The translations under genes were made by a program, and so were the position numbers. DNA of 59,070 nt, counting the filler, from Sphacelaria rigidula (Eukaryota), in the NCBI GenBank assembly GCA_964200075.2. It is 10 parts of 10 records of this genome, joined end to end, with 100 filler letters (N's around TTAATTAATTAA, not from the genome) between each part and the next. Parts side by side here need not be neighbours in the genome. Positions count along the whole stretch, not along the records: positions 11,835 to 17,651 come from CAXNAA020024230.1; positions 17,752 to 23,568 come from CAXNAA020024231.1; positions 23,669 to 29,485 come from CAXNAA020024232.1; 7 more parts are not named here. One strand, written 5' to 3'. This document shows, piece after piece, positions 13,206 through 24,850 of this stretch (within the stretch, counting starts at the first letter, position 1; each line of letters starts with the position of its first letter). Below the pieces are notes generated by a model. The model was not told the origin of the DNA, did no database searches, and saw only the letters and a program-made list of their open reading frames with translations.

Positions 13206-13264
13206 ATCATCATTATCACCACCATCATCATCATCATCACCACCATCATCATCATCACCACCAT
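13206..13264. repeat. (CAT/CAC)n microsatellite
   Basis: About 19 CAT/CAC trinucleotides read directly. Confidence 0.9.
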
Positions 13265-13867
13265 CGACAACAACGACGCCACCAAAAACTTATAACGCAC
13301 TGATAGCGTACGAACCGATAATACACTCATGATAATGACGATGAAAATGATATAGTGATGACGACGACTCTTTCGTTTCTCCTAGTACATTTCACCCCTC
13401 CCCTTCCTCGGGAGGAGTCCGGAATTCTCAAGACAACCCATGTCTCCCGCGGTACTGTACCTGCCTCAAGTTTTGCTATCGCGCACTGGACCAGCCCACC
13501 GGCACCTCACAGACTGCCGTCAGTGTTCACGCACAACCCCCGTTCTTGGGGGTTTAGTATTGGAGACCGGCTCCAGCTCACCCATACATACGTCGGGATT
13601 CAAACTCTTAACCCTCCGCCTCAGCTGGCTATTGGCGATGTGTGTGTTTTTGTTAATCACCGGGGTGCGGTGGCTAAATTTTCAAGTATATTCATCATCA
13701 AGTCATCATCCAGCGGTCGGAATCTGGTCCCCGAGCATACACATGCCGCAATTTTGACTGCCTCTTTCATGTTTGAGCTACTTGCCTCTTTATCGATATC
13801 ATGTACTCCATCAAAACAGCTGCCTCCTCAATACGGTTGCCATTCCCCCCCCCTCACCCTCCGCCGA

Positions 13868-13930
13868 CTGCGTGGTCTATGATCAAGCGACAAAGGCAAG
13901 CAACAAATGAGCCCCCTCCCCCTCTCCGCC
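13868..13930 (+). mobile_element. Very short 3'-end copy of LINE family B (C-rich tail)
   Basis: CTGCGTGGTCTATGATCAAGCGACAAAGGCAAGCAACAAATGAG followed by a C-rich tract matches the reverse complement of 15399-15457. Confidence 0.6.
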
Positions 13931-14563
13931 CACCACCTGCCCCTCCCCTCCTCCCGTCCCCTGTCCATCCCCGCTGTGCAGCTGCATTTTCTGCTTTTCG
14001 CCCTTTGGCTTGGTGGCCGTTTTCTACGCCGCACGAATCGAAGACATGGTCCGGAGAGGAAATCTCGAGGTGGATAACAATCTCACCAGCCTTGACTGCC
14101 AATGCATTTCATATCCCATTATGACAGAACTGACGTGTACTGATTGGTCGATGAATCGATTGGTTGTCGCATATGAACGGTGCTACGGCACGTACTTGCA
14201 ATGATACTTTCTGAGATTTGAATGTCAAGAATCCTTGACCTCATCGGAAGAACGACTAATGAAATAAGTGAGACCACGTCACGATGAGCATTCCGATGGG
14301 CTAGGTATATTTCGAGTGAACTTGACAAGGGGAATTTCCTCATCCATGTTTTTGTGTAGCTTCTAATTCCAGGAGCCCCTGAATGACTAAGTTCTGGGCC
14401 CAAATATGCAACCCCTACCGTGGCATGACTCACATCAACAGTGATCCCCCCCGCGAAATTGCTGTGGTAACAACAAGAGACACGCACTCGCTCAAGGTGA
14501 AAACAAAAGAGAAACAACCTTGTGTGCAAAATCTAGGATGAACGCGATATACTTTGTCAAGTA

Positions 14564-14934
14564 GTGTGCGTCATGTGTCGTCAACCGATGCTATTTTGGA
14601 CGCCAGTCTGCACCGTACGGTATACATGTTGGCGCATCAGCCGCGTCACACAGAAGGAAGGTCAGCAAAAGGAGTTTCTATTATGTTTGTTTTTTTGCAG
14701 ACCTTCCTTCTGCGATCCGTGTTTTACTTTTGATAGCAAAAAGGGTTGAGTGATTTCTTTCCCTCGTCGACAGTGAAGTCGAACTTTGTGTACCCATGAC
14801 ACAGACGCTCTTTACCACTGTTGGGCATGATGTGAGGCAAACATCCCAGATCGTGTGACCTCACCGAGATTCGATCCTTCGTCGCAACCTCCGGAAGGTT
14901 TCGAGGTTACCACCTCGCCACCGGAGCGGTCGGC
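14564..14934 (-). mobile_element. tRNA-headed SINE, diverged copy
   Basis: Colinear with the copies at 36176-36543, 39714-40033 and 52551-52915. The A and B boxes at the 5' end are degenerate. Confidence 0.8.
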
Positions 14935-15369
14935 CGACTCTTGGCATCGACGAATATGCGTGTTACAGGAAATGCAATCAAATAGCATTCGGTTACCGTC
15001 TGAGTCTACGGCAAAGTAATTGCCAGGCTTCACTCGAGATAGGTGCCGCTAGCTACCTATAGATACCTATCAAAATACAATGTTCACCCTCTCCTCAGAA
15101 CAAAATAGGGACCGCCTACAAATTGCATCACAAAGTTGTGATCTCCGTCACATGTAAACTGAGGTAATGTCTAGGATGGTTTTATATTCCAAAAATCCCT
15201 AGGATGTGCTGCTACTTCCCTGTAGATATACTTGGACATGATGGTATGTTTTTGGAAGCGCTCGAGGTTATAAACAAAATGCGACAATGCAACTTTCAGA
15301 AACATGAATCTCGAAACACGTCTGCCGGTACATTTGCTTCAAGAAAGTGACCCTATGCAGGGGCGGGGA

Positions 15370-15725
15370 AGGGGGAGAGATATGAGGGGGGAGGAGAGGG
15401 GGGGAGCGTACTCATTTGTTGCTTGCCATTCTCATCTGACCACTGACCACGCATCCCTTTCGAGACGAAGGATCGTTCCTACGGCTTGTAGAGATACCTC
15501 CAACATTTGGGCGCTCATCAGTATTTTGTCTATACGATACACAAAAACCTGTTGCATCTCTTATCCCACCGTTCTTGTTTTGCCGTGTGTGGCGTTATCT
15601 ATCCTTAGTATGGCGATCTTTTTCTCGCTACTGCCAAACTTTCATGCCATATTCGTTTCGTTCCCAAATTCCCCTTCTAACACGTCCCGTTCATCCTCGT
15701 ATAGTTCACAATCTGCCACTGTGTG
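15370..15725 (-). mobile_element. 5'-truncated 3' end of a non-LTR retrotransposon (family B)
   Basis: The minus strand reads HTVADCELYEDERDVLE (H-x4-C, like the end of a LINE ORF2 zinc knuckle) ... ERPNVGGIS.SRRND.SSRKGCVVSGQMRMASNK-stop, then a C-rich tail. The same terminus occurs at 13868 and 47723. Confidence 0.6.
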
Positions 15726-15882
15726 AGGGGGAGGCGGGTGGGGTGGGAATCGAGTGGGGGGGGGGGGGGGAGGTTGAGCTAGTCCTCGCAAGCAGAAACG
15801 GTTCTGAAACGTCGGTGCAAGCAGGAAAAGGTGTCTGATGGCTCTTGGTATCAGCAACATGCACGTTTTCGCAGTATTTTCT

Positions 15883-16224
15883 CAAAGGTAGGTCGGGTAG
15901 GGTACACATAGTACTCGCTATTTTTCAAAATCCATTCTCTTGGGACCCAAACATTTGAATAGAGTATTGAAACCGTACCCAACTTGCCCAAAAATTGGGT
16001 AGATCGTTGTAGATCATACCCAACATATCAAAATTTCGTGTAGAGTATTGAGGGCATACCCAAGTGATGCTTTTCACCCAGGTATTGCTGAGAGTGCTCA
16101 CACAATACTTGGGTAGAGCATTTGAAGTCGAACCCAATCTACCCAAACCTTGGGTGGAGTAAATACCCAGGTATTTTACCCAAGTATTCAAGAGAACGTG
16201 CATACCCTACCCGACCTGCCGTTG
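15883..16224. mobile_element. MITE with ~20-bp TIRs and internal TTGGGTA...TACCCAA subrepeats
   Basis: Left end GGTAGGTCGGGTAGGGTA (15887) and right end TACCCTACCCGACCTGCC (to 16220). Internal units are ~40-41 bp. No clear TSD. Confidence 0.8.
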
Positions 16225-16882
16225 GCTTTTTCGGTCGAAAGCATCCGGAGGGAAGGTACTAAGGAGCATCTGACTCCTATCTTGCAGACGACTACGCCAG
16301 ATGTCACCCGTTCGCAGAATCATGCAAACCCCACACAACAACTAATTCTCACCTACCACCGCAACCCTGCAGCATTGAGCACGAGTTGGACACAGGCATA
16401 AATACAGTGCAGGAAAGTTGGTTATGGTATGCTTATCTTTAGTTAGCGACAACTAGAACATAGTCTTTCATGGTGGGGATCGGCGACGGAACTGCGTGGT
16501 GGCTTGGACGACCGACTTGCGTACACTCATGGACGGTGAAAGCAGGACAAAGCTGCAAGTTGTTCGAGGCCTTTTCATGTCGCACTTTAAGCAGAGGGTA
16601 CAGATAGTCCTACGCTGTCTGCATTGCACGCTGCCCGCCCCTCTTTCAAATCATACTGTACGCAACACGCATACACACACTCAGGCACACTGTACGAATA
16701 CAGCGCAGATGGTAACTGTAGACAAGCGAACAAGTGCCGCTGCACAAATTTCACTTTGTTTTTTGCGATTGACAGCTTGCAAATTCGTTTGAACCCATAC
16801 TCGCGAGAAATCAACGAAGTCGCTCCAATCAATTTCGCCACACGTTTTCGAAGATCGAAAAATGATGTGGTGAGACACGGCC

Positions 16883-17166
16883 TTACCCAGTACTTTGGTA
16901 AAGTACTGAGATCGTGCCTAATGTACCCAAAATTTGGGTAGAGGTTTTGAAGTCTTACTCAATCTACTCAAATTTAGTGCAGAGTATGGAGGCTATACCC
17001 AACTGATACTCTCTACGCAGGTATTGCTGAGAGTGATTCACCCAATATCATCTGGGGAGAGTATTTGAGGTCGAACCCAATCTGCCCAAACCTTGGGTAG
17101 AGTAAATACCCGGGTCTTTATTTTGCCCCACTATTCAAAGTATATATCCTACCCGACCTGCCCTTG
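16883..17166. mobile_element. Second, left-truncated copy of the same MITE
   Basis: Colinear with ~15945-16224 and ends in CCTACCCGACCTGCCCTTG. Confidence 0.75.
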
Positions 17167-19926
17167 CACTTTTGACAGCGTCTTCACCCACATGGACGCC
17201 GAAACAAGACCGTGTGAGATTTTGTAAAATGGTCATAACCCTTTTTTTGCATGCAGTCGAACACCGCCACACGCCCTTATACAGAAGAATCACTCACAAT
17301 TTTCTATTTTCCCCTGGACCCCCGCGCACTTTATCCCTTGATTGTCAAATGTACCTACAGGGCGCACGTCGGTCAGCAAACAGTGCCCAACAATGGTCCT
17401 TGCTTTCCGTCGTAATCGGGGCTAGCATGCTACTCTCCATGCTTCGTTCCAAGCTCTATGAATAGGTGAAAAATGCTAGGCGAATGCTTCCCCCAGCGGA
17501 GCTCCGCGGTGTTCAGACTGTTTCGTAAATGATATCATCATCAGAATTCGAAGACGCCTGGCGACGCCAAGAAAACGCGTGAAACAACAAATTGTGAGAA
17601 TTGAGGTTTAACTTCGAGATGAGGCTCAAGCCTAAAACAGTGCTTTCCCCANNNNNNNNNNNNNNNNNNNNNNNNNNNNNNNNNNNNNNNNNNNNTTAAT
17701 TAATTAANNNNNNNNNNNNNNNNNNNNNNNNNNNNNNNNNNNNNNNNNNNNGGGGGGCTATCTCGGCATTAGTCGGGTAGGAATCGCTTTTGAGGAGTCA
17801 ATCCTGGAGGAGATGGGAGGAAAAGGTGCCACAGTCGAGTACCTCAGTGCTCGACTTATGAAGGTGAAACTTGAACTACACGCCAAATCCAACGCAGTAA
17901 CATTTGTAGTTGGGTATGCCCCGACGGAGACCGCTCCGCTGCGCGACAAGAACAAGTTTTGGGATGACGTATCCGACACCGTCTCACAAATACGTGGCAA
18001 GGAACATCTATTCGTCATGATGGATGCTAACGCCCGCACTGGAAAACGAGGGGAGGGGGGCGGAGAGAATGATAGCAAGGTACTTGGCGAATAGGGGCGG
18101 GATGTACTGAACAATAACGGTGGAAGGCTACTGGCCTTTGCAGAGGAACAACGCCTTGCTGTGCAATAAATAAGTTCTTCAGAACACCCAAGCGGGGCAG
18201 ATCGTACGCTTTCCAAAGCCACAATGCCGGGAAGGGACGCTATCGCCTTGACTACATCCTCACAAGACAGGCGGACCGAAAACTCGTACGCAACATTTCC
18301 GTCCGCCGCCCACCACCCGGCAAACGCGAGTCTGACCATAACCTCGTATCTGCAAAGGTCCGGCTCCGTGGTCGCTTTGCGCCCAATATCAAGTTACGGA
18401 AATATGCATCCAGACGCAAAACGGCCGACCTTGAAAGGCTGATGGCTGACCCGACGTTGAGAGCAATGACGTTACAAACGGCCTTCCCTCTCGACCCCTT
18501 GCCCATAGATGCTACCGCCGCTGACATGGCGGCAGGCCTCACCAAGATGCTGATATCCGCCGCAGTAGACACCGCGCCCCACGAGAGAAACCAACGAGGC
18601 TCCCACGACTGGTGCGCGAGTGCCGAGACCTAGGCAAAGATCCACGCTGTATCGATGGCGAGGGAAGAAGCACGGAGGGCATCGATGTCAACGCCCACTG
18701 ACACCAACCTCAAGAGAGTTTTGAAGAAGGCCAACAAGGAACTTCATCGTGTTAGAGCACATGCGATGGAGAGAATCTTCGAGACGTACGTCAGCCGACT
18801 TGAAGCGCACATCGCGAGAGGTGACCAACGCGGTTTCTACCGGCACCTGAAGGGAATCGATGTCGAAGGGAGAAAACCATGTGGCTCACAGCAGCAATAT
18901 ATCCGCGACGACAAGGGGCAACTACTCAGAGACGTTGAGCTCATCCGCCCGCGGTGGGTACAGTGGTTTCACACCCTCCTCAACACCAAGTCGCCCCGCC
19001 TCAATCCCGCAATCATCGACCAAGTCCAGGCGCGACTCCTGAAGACATCGCTAGACGAGGTGCCTACAATAGACGAGACAACGGATGCCATACAGTCTAT
19101 GTCCAACAGAAAAGCCGTTGGCCCAGATGAACTGCCGGCTGAACTGCTGAAGATACTCCTCGACGGTGACGACACTAGCCGACTACAGAGATTCCACGTT
19201 GACATCTGGGGCGGAGCAGCCGTACCGCAAGAATGGAAGTATGCCACCATCATCGTGCTCCACAAAAAAGGCGATCGGACGGAATGCGGAAGCTACAGGG
19301 AATTTCACTTGTGTCACACGCCGGCAAGGTGCTCCTCAAGATAATCGCCCGCCGCCTAAGCACCTACTGCGAGGGCAATGGAATTCTGCCTGAAGAGCAG
19401 TGCGGCTTCCGCCCCGGAAGCTCAACCGTCGACATGATGTTCACCGTCCGACGACTCAAGAAACTTGGCCGGAGACGACAGATCCCGCTCTACATGTGTT
19501 TCGTCGACCTCACGAAAGCATACGATTCTGTCGACCGCCCACTGCTGTGGAAAGTCCTGGAACGCTATGGCGTCCTACCCATCATGCTCTCGATTATCCG
19601 CCAATTCCACGATGGCATGCAAGCTCGGGTGCGCACGAACGACGGGGAATACTCGGAATGGTTCGGCATCGACCGGGGCCTCCGACAGGGATGCATCCTA
19701 GCACCACTGCTGTTTAACATCTTCTTTACGGCAGTACTCACGGTGGCCCTGGCAGTCTTCCGCGATGACCCTGACATCTCGGGGGACCTGGTGCGAGTCC
19801 GGAAGCGCTAAAAGGAAGATTTCCACCAGGAATGTGCTGTAGCATGGGTCGAGCCAGATTTGGCCACAGCAATAGCGGCGGAAGGGGAACGGTCCCTATA
19901 GAGTATGTTGTACGCCGATGACGCCA

Positions 19927-20389
19927 GCATCGTCTCGCGTACACCATCGAGCCTCGAGAAGATGATGACTGTGATTGTGACGATCTGGGGAGAGTTCGGG
20001 TTGACCGTGTCGGAAGCAAAGACGAAGACCATGCGACTGCACTCACAGGCGGGGCACCTCGACATCAATGCGGCTGGTCAGGTATACGAACAAACAGACA
20101 ACTTTGTTTACCTGTGGGGGTCCTGTGGGGGTCGATTACGGAGATTGGCAACCTCTCTGCATCGTCTCACGGACACCATCGAGCCTCGAGAAGATGATGA
20201 CTGTGATTGTGACGATCTGCGGAGAGTTCGGGTTGACCGCGTCGGAAGCAAAGACGAAGACCGTGCGACTGCACTCACCGGCGGAGCACCTCGACATCAA
20301 TGCGGCTGGTCAGGTATACGAACAAACAGACAACTTTGTTCACCTGTGGGGGTCCTGTGGGGGTCGATTACGGAGAATGGCAACCTCTC
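19927..20389 (+). repeat. 232-bp tandem duplication inside the LINE RT
   Basis: GCATCGTCTC...GGCAACCTCTC at 19927-20158 is repeated from 20159 with few substitutions. Confidence 0.95.
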
Positions 20390-21465
20390 GGTGGAAATCA
20401 ACAAGCACGTACGAGGGGCATGGTCGAGCTACCATAAGTACAAAGTCCAACTGTACAATTGGTCGAACGCTGCCGTCCACCTCAAGGTCCGCATGATCAA
20501 AGCCGAGGCTGTCGAAGCACTGCTGTACGGGTGCGTCACATGGACCCCTCTCAGCGGTCACTACAGTACACTGCGCACGGCCCACCATGCGTTGCTCAGG
20601 CGCTGTCTTGGATGGCACAAGCGCAATCGCACAGACCACGTTCTGTCATACCGAGAGACCCTCGCGAGGACAGGGTGCGAAAGCATCGAGACGACGGTGA
20701 GAAAGAGGAGACTCCATTTTGCCGGTTTCGTCACGCGCATGTCACCCAGACGGGTGCCGAAACACGTCATGTTCGGTGAAATCGTAGCCGTGAAGGGGCA
20801 AAAAAGTTAACGACAGGCACAAGGACTGGATCCGCTGCCTGGCGGAAGACATGAAGGCGTTCGGTATCGAATGGCAGGGGTGGACTACCAGAGCCTTGAA
20901 TGCGGTAGAGTGGCGCAGCTGTGTTGAACAGGGAGCAGAAAGGTTTATGGCGGACTGGTGCCAAAAGGATGACGCAGAGGCAGCGATACGGCACGCGAAA
21001 GCTGCAGGCCAAGATGCACCGACAGCACCTGGGACCGACAGTACCAACAGCAACTCACCATAGCCTACGCCAGATACGCAAGGCATGTATTTGGTCCCCA
21101 TCTCTGCTTTGTTAATCTTTTGTTCCTGGTGGTTTCTTCTCTTTTTGTTTGCTTTTTGTTTCGTCTGTGCGTCCCCCCCCTCCCCCCCCCCCGCTGCCGG
21201 AACGAGCCTGGCTCTGTCTTCTTGTCTATTGTATTCCTTTTTTTTGCGTTATATTATCATCATTATTATTTTCCTTTCTTTCATTTGTCTCTCATTTTTC
21301 TTTCATTTTTTTCATCGTTCTCCTTTTTGTTTCTGATTACGAGCTGGAGTGTTGCAATCAGCTACGTAATGCACTATCGTCATCCTTTTTGTCTTTGCTC
21401 GTGCTTGTGTTTCTGTTTGCGTTTGTCGTTATCTTGTTACTGCTGTTGTTGTTTGTTCCTGTTGC

Positions 21466-21474
21466 TTGTTGTTG

Positions 21475-21506
<32 letters not shown>

Positions 21507-21514
21507 GGTGGTGG
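21466..21514. repeat. (GTT)n(GGT)n compound microsatellite in the LINE 3' UTR
   Basis: Read directly. Confidence 0.9.
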
Positions 21515-22140
21515 TTTTCGTGGTTATTGCTGCCCCCTTTTTATCCTTTCTGAGGCCGTTGCTTCTGTCGTTTTCCTGTTCCTTTTCCTGTCCCTTTCTT
21601 TCTTTTTTTGTATTTTTTTATTATTCTGTTCAATTTTTGTTGCTCCTGACCACGGGCTGGATTGTTGCAATCAGCTAATGTGAGATAATCAATCAATCAA
21701 TCACTCAATCAATTCCGTACACATACTGTGTGTTCGTAAACAATGGTTGGTACTATGGAGATGCCGCTGAACCCAAGTTAGCCCCAACCCCGACCAAGGC
21801 ATACCGAGAACCCTCGGACAAGGGGGAAGCATACTTTTTTCTAAGCAAAATCTGCGTCGCCAGAGCTCAACTCGACGCCTTTTAGCCGATTTTGGAGAAA
21901 AACACGTTTTGGGCGAGTTGGATCTACTGCTCACCACTGCTCACTTTCCTCAAATAATCATTTTCTCAGGACTTTCTTCAGTCTAAAATCAAGTAAAATC
22001 GAGTGCCAACCATTGTTTACGCACATATTTTTAGGTTTACTGTACAGTACTGTCAGAATATGCCCCCGACCGCCAGCACACGACACGCAGCGAGCGGGCG
22101 CATCCACCTTAATTCAGTCGTTGCCAGCTATCCACCTTAA

Positions 22141-22240
22141 CCGTTCGACCGCGAGGGTAGGTCACCTCCTGAATCGGCATCAATTTCACTGGAGAAAGTA
22201 TTCGTGATCCACATGGACGACCCGCATCGCGGTCAAAGGG
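22141..22240. mobile_element. 100-bp piggyBac-type MITE (family P1)
   Basis: TTAA on both sides (22137-22140 and 22241-22244). 14-bp TIRs CCGTTCGACCGCGA / TCGCGGTCAAAGGG with two mismatches. Confidence 0.85.
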
Positions 22241-22659
22241 TTAACACGAAGCGACTACCTGCCCAATCACGGCGAGGCGATCGACCAGACCCGAACGACC
22301 ACCGCGGTGATTGTTACCGAATTTGATGTCGCTGTCAAAGCCGTGGGGGGGTCCTACCATCCTACCGTCCTACGCCTGTGTTCCGGTGATTCAGATACCC
22401 AATAATGCTGGATCTACGTAGAACCGGGAATCGGGGTGACGTACGAGTGCCAATAGTCAAGTGTGTGCAAATGTGATACAGTACGGCTGAGAGCAGCGGA
22501 GAGTCCGCCACCCTTGCCCACTCTCTTCCAGCTACCCTTCATTTCATCAGCACTCTCCCAAGTTGAAGTAGAACTTGGGTGCTCTTCAATAACATATCTA
22601 AAAGGATAACCCTGTGCCTGAGCCAAGGAATATACTAGTGATCAATCGATTGGGCAAGT

Positions 22660-23410
22660 ATGGCTAGGAACGATGGCAACGCTCAGTCTTCAAAAGAAAG
22701 GTTCGACAGGCTGAGGAATCAAATTGAAAACATGATGAGTCTGTTCAGTGGTCAGTTTAGCACACTGACCGAGATGGTCGGAGATGTATAATCTACACAA
22801 ACTGTAATACAGGGTAGAGTAGATGGCATCGAAGATCGAGAATTCGGAGGCGCGAGGTGGAGTGGCGTCGTCGAGAGCGAAGAAGATCAAGCAACACAAC
22901 AACACCAGGCTGACAGCTCAGCCAACCACAGCACAGCTCAAGGCCGAAGACGCAGCCGCGAGGGCGACCAGGGAGCTTCCAGCGGGAGCCACCACAGGAC
23001 AGCAAGCGACGGAGCAAGGGGTGCAGACCCCGCAACTGAGTCCGTCGCAGTGTTCGGTCACGATCGACCAAGTGTCCAAAAAGTTTCTGGGGTTCGAGTC
23101 ATCCTACGATAGGGGGGGGTGGGGGGGTATTTGATTGCACGAAAGAAGAGGCTCAAAAATGTGTCAGACGACCTGCCACACTCACGGTGCGCTTGTAATT
23201 GGTTCAAAATGCTGCCAATCGGTATGAACGAGCGTTATAATCTATAACAAGCACGTTCGAGCAACCGTTGCTCCTTTCAAGAGCGATTTGCCTTGGAATT
23301 TCGTGCAAGATGTGGCCCAAAATACCCCCCCCCCTATCGTAGGATGACTCGGCTCCAGCTTTCAAGGCAACTGTACCTAAGTACTCTGGGAAGAGTTCAG
23401 AGTTCAATCA
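22660..23410 (+). mobile_element. Possible decayed gag 5' fragment of an LTR retrotransposon, interrupted by a MITE
   Basis: The ATG at 22660 gives coiled-coil-like KERFDRLRNQIENMMSLFSGQFSTLTEMVGDV*STQTVIQGRVDGIE. After the MITE the sequence reads APAFKATVPKYSGKSSEF, which resembles the P-x-F/Y-x-G gag motif. No LTR or PBS confirmed. Confidence 0.35.
23095..23351. mobile_element. ~255-bp MITE (family M3) with G-tract TIRs
   Basis: GAGTCATCCTACGATAGGGGGGG...TATTTG at the left end and CAAAATACCCCCCCCCCTATCGTAGGATGACTC at the right end. A second copy is at 30358-30599. Confidence 0.85.
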
Positions 23411-23739
23411 CCATGGTCATGAATTAATCATAACAGTATTTGCGTGAGATTGAGAATCTACGATACGATTGAGAGTAGGCAGCGGCGGGGAGTGTCTGCA
23501 TCATTAATGGACAAAACGCTTACCTCGCACATTGGTGCAAAATCCTGCCGGCAAATCTAACAATGTTTNNNNNNNNNNNNNNNNNNNNNNNNNNNNNNNN
23601 NNNNNNNNNNNNTTAATTAATTAANNNNNNNNNNNNNNNNNNNNNNNNNNNNNNNNNNNNNNNNNNNNACAACCAACAACGATAGCAACGGCAACGACAA
23701 CAACTTGAATGTACTGACCTACGGGTACGACCACATTTC

Positions 23740-23994
23740 CTAGGAGGGGGCAACGTCGTCGTCGGTTGACGCGGCCTCTTCCTCGTGCTGGGGGGGGGCG
23801 GTCGCCGAGGACAGGAGAGTGTCGTCGTCGTTCAGCGCGGAGTGGGAGTCAAAAATTGGGGCCGTAGGTGCTGCCCTGGCTAGCATCTCCTGCGTAAATA
23901 TCAGAGAAGACACCGAGATTGGTGGTGCCCGTACCACCGACTCCACGCGGCGAACCTTTGGCGACCTCTCCCTGCCGGCCGGCGACGCCTCTTC
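23740..23994 (-). CDS. Probable terminal coding exon(s) of an unknown low-complexity protein
   Basis: CGCAG| acceptor with the exon starting at 23994, phase 0, in frame with the exon ending at 24588. Reads EEASPAGRERSPKVRRVESV...STDDDVAPS-TAG. A short internal intron (~23890-23934) cannot be excluded. Confidence 0.45.
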   Translation of the reverse strand, partial: EEASPAGRERSPKVRRVESVVRAPPISVSSLIFTQEMLARAAPTAPIFDSHSALNDDDTLLSSATAPPQHEEEAASTDDDVAPS

Positions 23995-24587
23995 CTGCGA
24001 TGACTTTGGTGTACAGTGTACAGTATGTTGGGAAGAAAGGGAGAGAGGCGGAGGGGGGGAGAAGTGTATCAGGAAGCGCAGAATAGGGCAAATTGAAAAG
24101 GAAAACATGAAACAAACGATAAGTGGACGGCAAAGCAGAACACGTACGGCTTCAAGGCGAAAATGTAGGAGGGCCAGATATAGCAAGCAAGACAGGGTTC
24201 AACACGCAAGAGAAAGGAGACAAGGAGCACACACACCAACATAACGAAGATATCGTCTTGAATCATGCGCTGCATTGCCTTGCCCGGAAATATGTATGTG
24301 GTGATCTGCACTCCCAGCGCCCATCACCGAACATTAAATCCTTCCCGAATGGTGAAAACGTCTCTTAACCCCAACCCTACCGCTAATCCACCTTGACTTC
24401 GTCTGCCTGCCTTGCACCTATCCACGGCTGTGTTCGCAACGGATTCACACTGGTTGACGTGCTGCAATCAAACAACCAACCCTCGAATCAACCAACCATT
24501 CATCCATCCAACCATCCATCCATCCATCCAACAAACCAAACGTTACACCAGCAATGATATTCACGCGAAGTCGGACACAGCACTCAC

Positions 24588-24850
24588 CGACCCTTCATCG
24601 TCTTCATCCCTCCGCCTCTTCCTCCCTGCCATTGCGTCTGCACCGCTGCTTCCGTCCCCGCCATCCCCCCCCCTTTGCCTCGGGGGAATCATCACCCGCG
24701 TAAAGTTGGCCCCGCTACGTCGGGTAGGGATACGTACCCTCTCGTACGTGGTACCCTGGACGACCACAGGAGCAATAGTGACGGCAAAGGGATATCCCCC
24801 TACCCCTTGGTTTGACGCCATCGCTCTCGCTGCCCTGGTGAATAAATCTC
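24588..24850 (-). CDS. Probable internal exon of the same unknown protein
   Basis: CAG| acceptor (alternative TAG| gives a start at 24862) and TCG|GTGAGT donor. Reads DLFTRAARAMASNQGVGGYPFAVTIAPVVVQGTTYERVRIP...GRKRRRDEDDEGS, which includes an NLS-like RKRRR. Confidence 0.5.

Larger units (their letters stand above)
17752..21722 (+). mobile_element. Decayed RTE-type LINE (APE endonuclease, reverse transcriptase, 3' UTR, (ATCA)n tail); 5' end lies beyond the contig edge
   Basis: Endonuclease motifs VGYAPTE, MMDANARTG, LDYIL and SDHNLV. RT motifs KAVGPDELPAELLK, HKKGDR...[43 protein letters not shown] and MLYADD, plus LLYGC.TW and RRLHFAGFV. Stops at 18092, 18631 and 19809, and several frameshifts. 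Tail AATCAATCAATC at ~21687-21722. Confidence 0.95.

Noticed and set aside
21085..21683. Hydrophobic membrane-protein ORFs
   Set aside because: These are translations of the T-rich LINE 3' UTR and its microsatellites.
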